From an uncultured Spirochaetota bacterium (GTDB lineage Bacteria; Spirochaetota; Spirochaetia; SZUA-6; CAVTHK01), in the NCBI GenBank assembly GCA_963734495.1, contig CAVTHK010000004.1, forward strand, positions 1 through 40,994: a stretch of DNA of 40,994 nt, given 5' to 3'. This document shows positions 38,593 to 40,994 of this stretch, piece by piece. Below the pieces are notes generated by a model, which worked only from the letters and a program-made list of their open reading frames with translations, was not told the DNA's origin and made no database searches. Numbering within the stretch: position 1 is the first letter of the stretch; each line of letters begins with the position of its first letter. The translations under genes were made by a program, and so were the position numbers.

Positions 38593-40994
38593 ATGGACAA
38601 CCGAAGCGCGGAATCGCTCTATAACCAGAGCCGATATCGCGACGCACTCGCGGCGCTCCTGCCCGGATGGAGCGCCGCGCGAGGTCTTCGCAAGGAGGAT
38701 CTCCTCAGAGAATTTCGCACCTGGGCCCGGACGACATCCTGCTTGCGGGACGAATCCTCGAGCGGCTCGGGCACGTAGAGGCATTCGAGTGGGCTTGGCA
38801 GGAGGCCTCGGGACGAGAGGAGCTTCCAGAGACCACCGAAGACTACCTGGCCTTTGCCCGCCTCGCCAGACTGTCCGGCTCGAATCCGTTCAAGGCACTT
38901 CGCCACTACGAGGATCCGGCGTCGATGCGGCCCCGGAACGGACGATTGCTGTCGTACTGGCATGCCCACGGCTCCATCCTCTACGCGCTCTATCGGGACT
39001 TCGACTCGGCGGCCAAGGCTTTGCGCCATGCCGAGTCCAAGGAGAGCGAGAGCTCGTGGATGGAGTATTGCCGCGCTCATATCGAGTTGCGGAGGGACGC
39101 GTGGGAGTCGGCCTGGGAGACGGCGAAGCGCGCGTGGCAGAACGGAGCATCTCACCCGTTCCTCGCACTGCTGCTGCATGAGGCTGCGCTGCTGGCTGGG
39201 GCGGGCGCAAGAGTGTAGTGCCCTGCTATCCACGCGGGAGAACCAGAGCTTCGAAGTCGACCTCGTACGCATGTCGGCCACCCTCTCGTTTTTCGATCGC
39301 GCGGATGCCTCGGCGATGACCAGAGCCGCCGCACCCTCGTCGACGACGCCGCGGCACTGCTGGAGAGCGCCCGTGCCAAAGCCTTGGCCGCGGATGAAAA
39401 CCTCCTGAAGCACTTTGACCGCATCGACCAGCACATCGAGAGCCGGCGGGAAGGGGGGCGAGGGTGATGCCGGATATCGCCCCGTCTTCCAGGAGTACCA
39501 ATATTGCCTGCCGGCGGCCATCGCCACCGCGCTTTCCGCGCAGGGTGTCACTCTCGACCACCATGTCATAGCCTCGGAGATCACGTGGGGTGGCACGCCC
39601 AAGATACGCGCCAGGGATTGGCTGCGTGCCCGCGGCTTCGGAACATTCATCGGGACGCTCCGCCGGGAGATGATCCTGCCGATCCTGGAAAGAGGCTTGA
39701 GCTTCGTCATCTCGCTCACGCAGGAGTACGAAGGACATTCGATGGCGGTGATCGGGTACGAGCTTGGGAGCGATACGCTGATCATCCACGATCGCGACCA
39801 ATCACCTGGTGGAGATGCCGCTCGAACCGCTCCTGAGGTATCATGCGCCCTTTGGTCCCGACATACTCCTCGTGTACCCAAAGGGGCGATCGGAAGACCT
39901 CGCGCAACTCCTGAGCGAATTGGAGGACGGACAGCCGATCGAGCGCTACCTCGCATACCGCGAAGCGCTCGCAGACGATGACCATGCGCAGGTTGCGGCC
40001 GAGCTCGGCTACTTTACCGGTAGGGAGGGGGCAGGACGCGATCTGGCAGCCCTCGTCCGGGCACACGAGCATCAACGCTCCGGAGACCTGGCGGCTGCCA
40101 GGGATGCGATAGATGGCCTGAGGAAGAGGTGGCCGCAGTCCTTCCCGCTGGCCGTCGAAGCCATTCGTTTCGCGGAGCTGATCGACGAGGAGAGCGAGCT
40201 CTCCGACTTCATGGACGCGGCTTTGCCCGTCATCGAAGCGGCACGGAGCGGACGGGAGTCAGTCTCCAACGACAGAGAGATGGTGGATGCATTGGCGTGG
40301 GTGCCGTCGAGCGTCTACACTCTGCGAGCACGGCGTCTTGCGGAGTCGGCCGTAGACCTGGAGGAGGCGCTGCGCTCCTATGAATCTGCTCTGGCGATCA
40401 ACCCATTCTCGTCGCGGACGCTGGACGCGCTTGCCGAAAGCCTGCTCAGGCACGGGCGCGCGGCGGAGGCGGAGCTGCCGAGCCGTCTCGCGCTGAACTT
40501 GGACCCCTTTTCACGGGGCGGCGCCCGCGTGCGATGCGTCTACCTCGCGGAGACAGGTGGCGAGCGCGCGACGGCTGCCATCGCTGCGTTCCACGAAGAG
40601 AGACTGGCGAGGCACGGTGGCCATCCGCGCTCGGCGCCCTTGTGGGAGGAATACGCGGCGTGGGCCTCCATGCAACTGGGAAGCGCTGCGTATGGCACGG
40701 TTCTCGCTCGGCTGCGAAGCGTTCATCCCGACAGCTTCCCTACGGCTGGTATCTCGAAGTCATGCGAGCGGCTCGGATCGGCGATGGTGCAGCCGCCCAG
40801 CGGCTTCTTATGCCGCGCCGCCTCCCGGTCGATGGAGCACCGTTGCCGCCGTGACGCTCGCTCTGGAGGGATACGAGACCGTCGTCGACTGCGCAACCGC
40901 GGTCGAGTCGGCGCGCCGTTGGACGGAAGACGAGCCGGCCAACGGCCAAGCGCTGATGGCGTATGCGCGTCTGATCCGTCACAGTGACGGGCCG
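38593..40994 (+). CDS. Large TPR-repeat protein with internal C39-like (papain-fold) peptidase domain; frameshifted, runs off the right edge
   Basis: TACAAT and GAGG precede the ATG. TPR-like helices flank QEYQYCLPAA...GHSMAVIGY...IIHD (Q/C-H-D); later YESALAINP and LALNLDP repeats. Confidence 0.72.

Overview
High-GC spirochaete (Spirochaetia-like) chromosomal segment. The core (about 1.2-35.5 kb) holds: tRNA-Thr, map, glgA, an Fe-dependent ADH, a HIT protein, thiN, a sigma28/CsrA-controlled flagellin flaB, a CCA-adding enzyme, coaD-rpmF-acpP-rnc, the ffh-rpsP-khpA-rimM-trmD-rplS operon, a short smc, a PUR-domain (BpuR-like) gene, a CYTH gene, alaA-gltX-glyS-tyrS, lepB-lepB-hemW, a PEGA/FGE-fold protein, smpB and tmRNA. 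The ribosomal operon continues into a poorly characterised tail: FliK/YlqG-like, FlhB-C-like, HD-GYP, yraN, an unannotated 45-aa FlgM-like micro-ORF and a Zn-motif protein. Accessory genes lie beyond the two RNA genes: a Cys-type sulfatase past tRNA-Thr, and an orphan glycyl radical enzyme plus a large TPR/C39-like peptidase past tmRNA. Many genes, including essential gltX and map, carry single-base frameshifts that look like assembly errors. I saw no CRISPR array, integrase, transposase or reverse transcriptase. The best leads are the FlgM-like micro-ORF and its flagellar-control-like neighbours, the activase-less glycyl radical enzyme, the TPR-C39 protein, and recurrent near-leaderless promoters. 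All calls come from motif reading and remembered family knowledge; no database searches were run.
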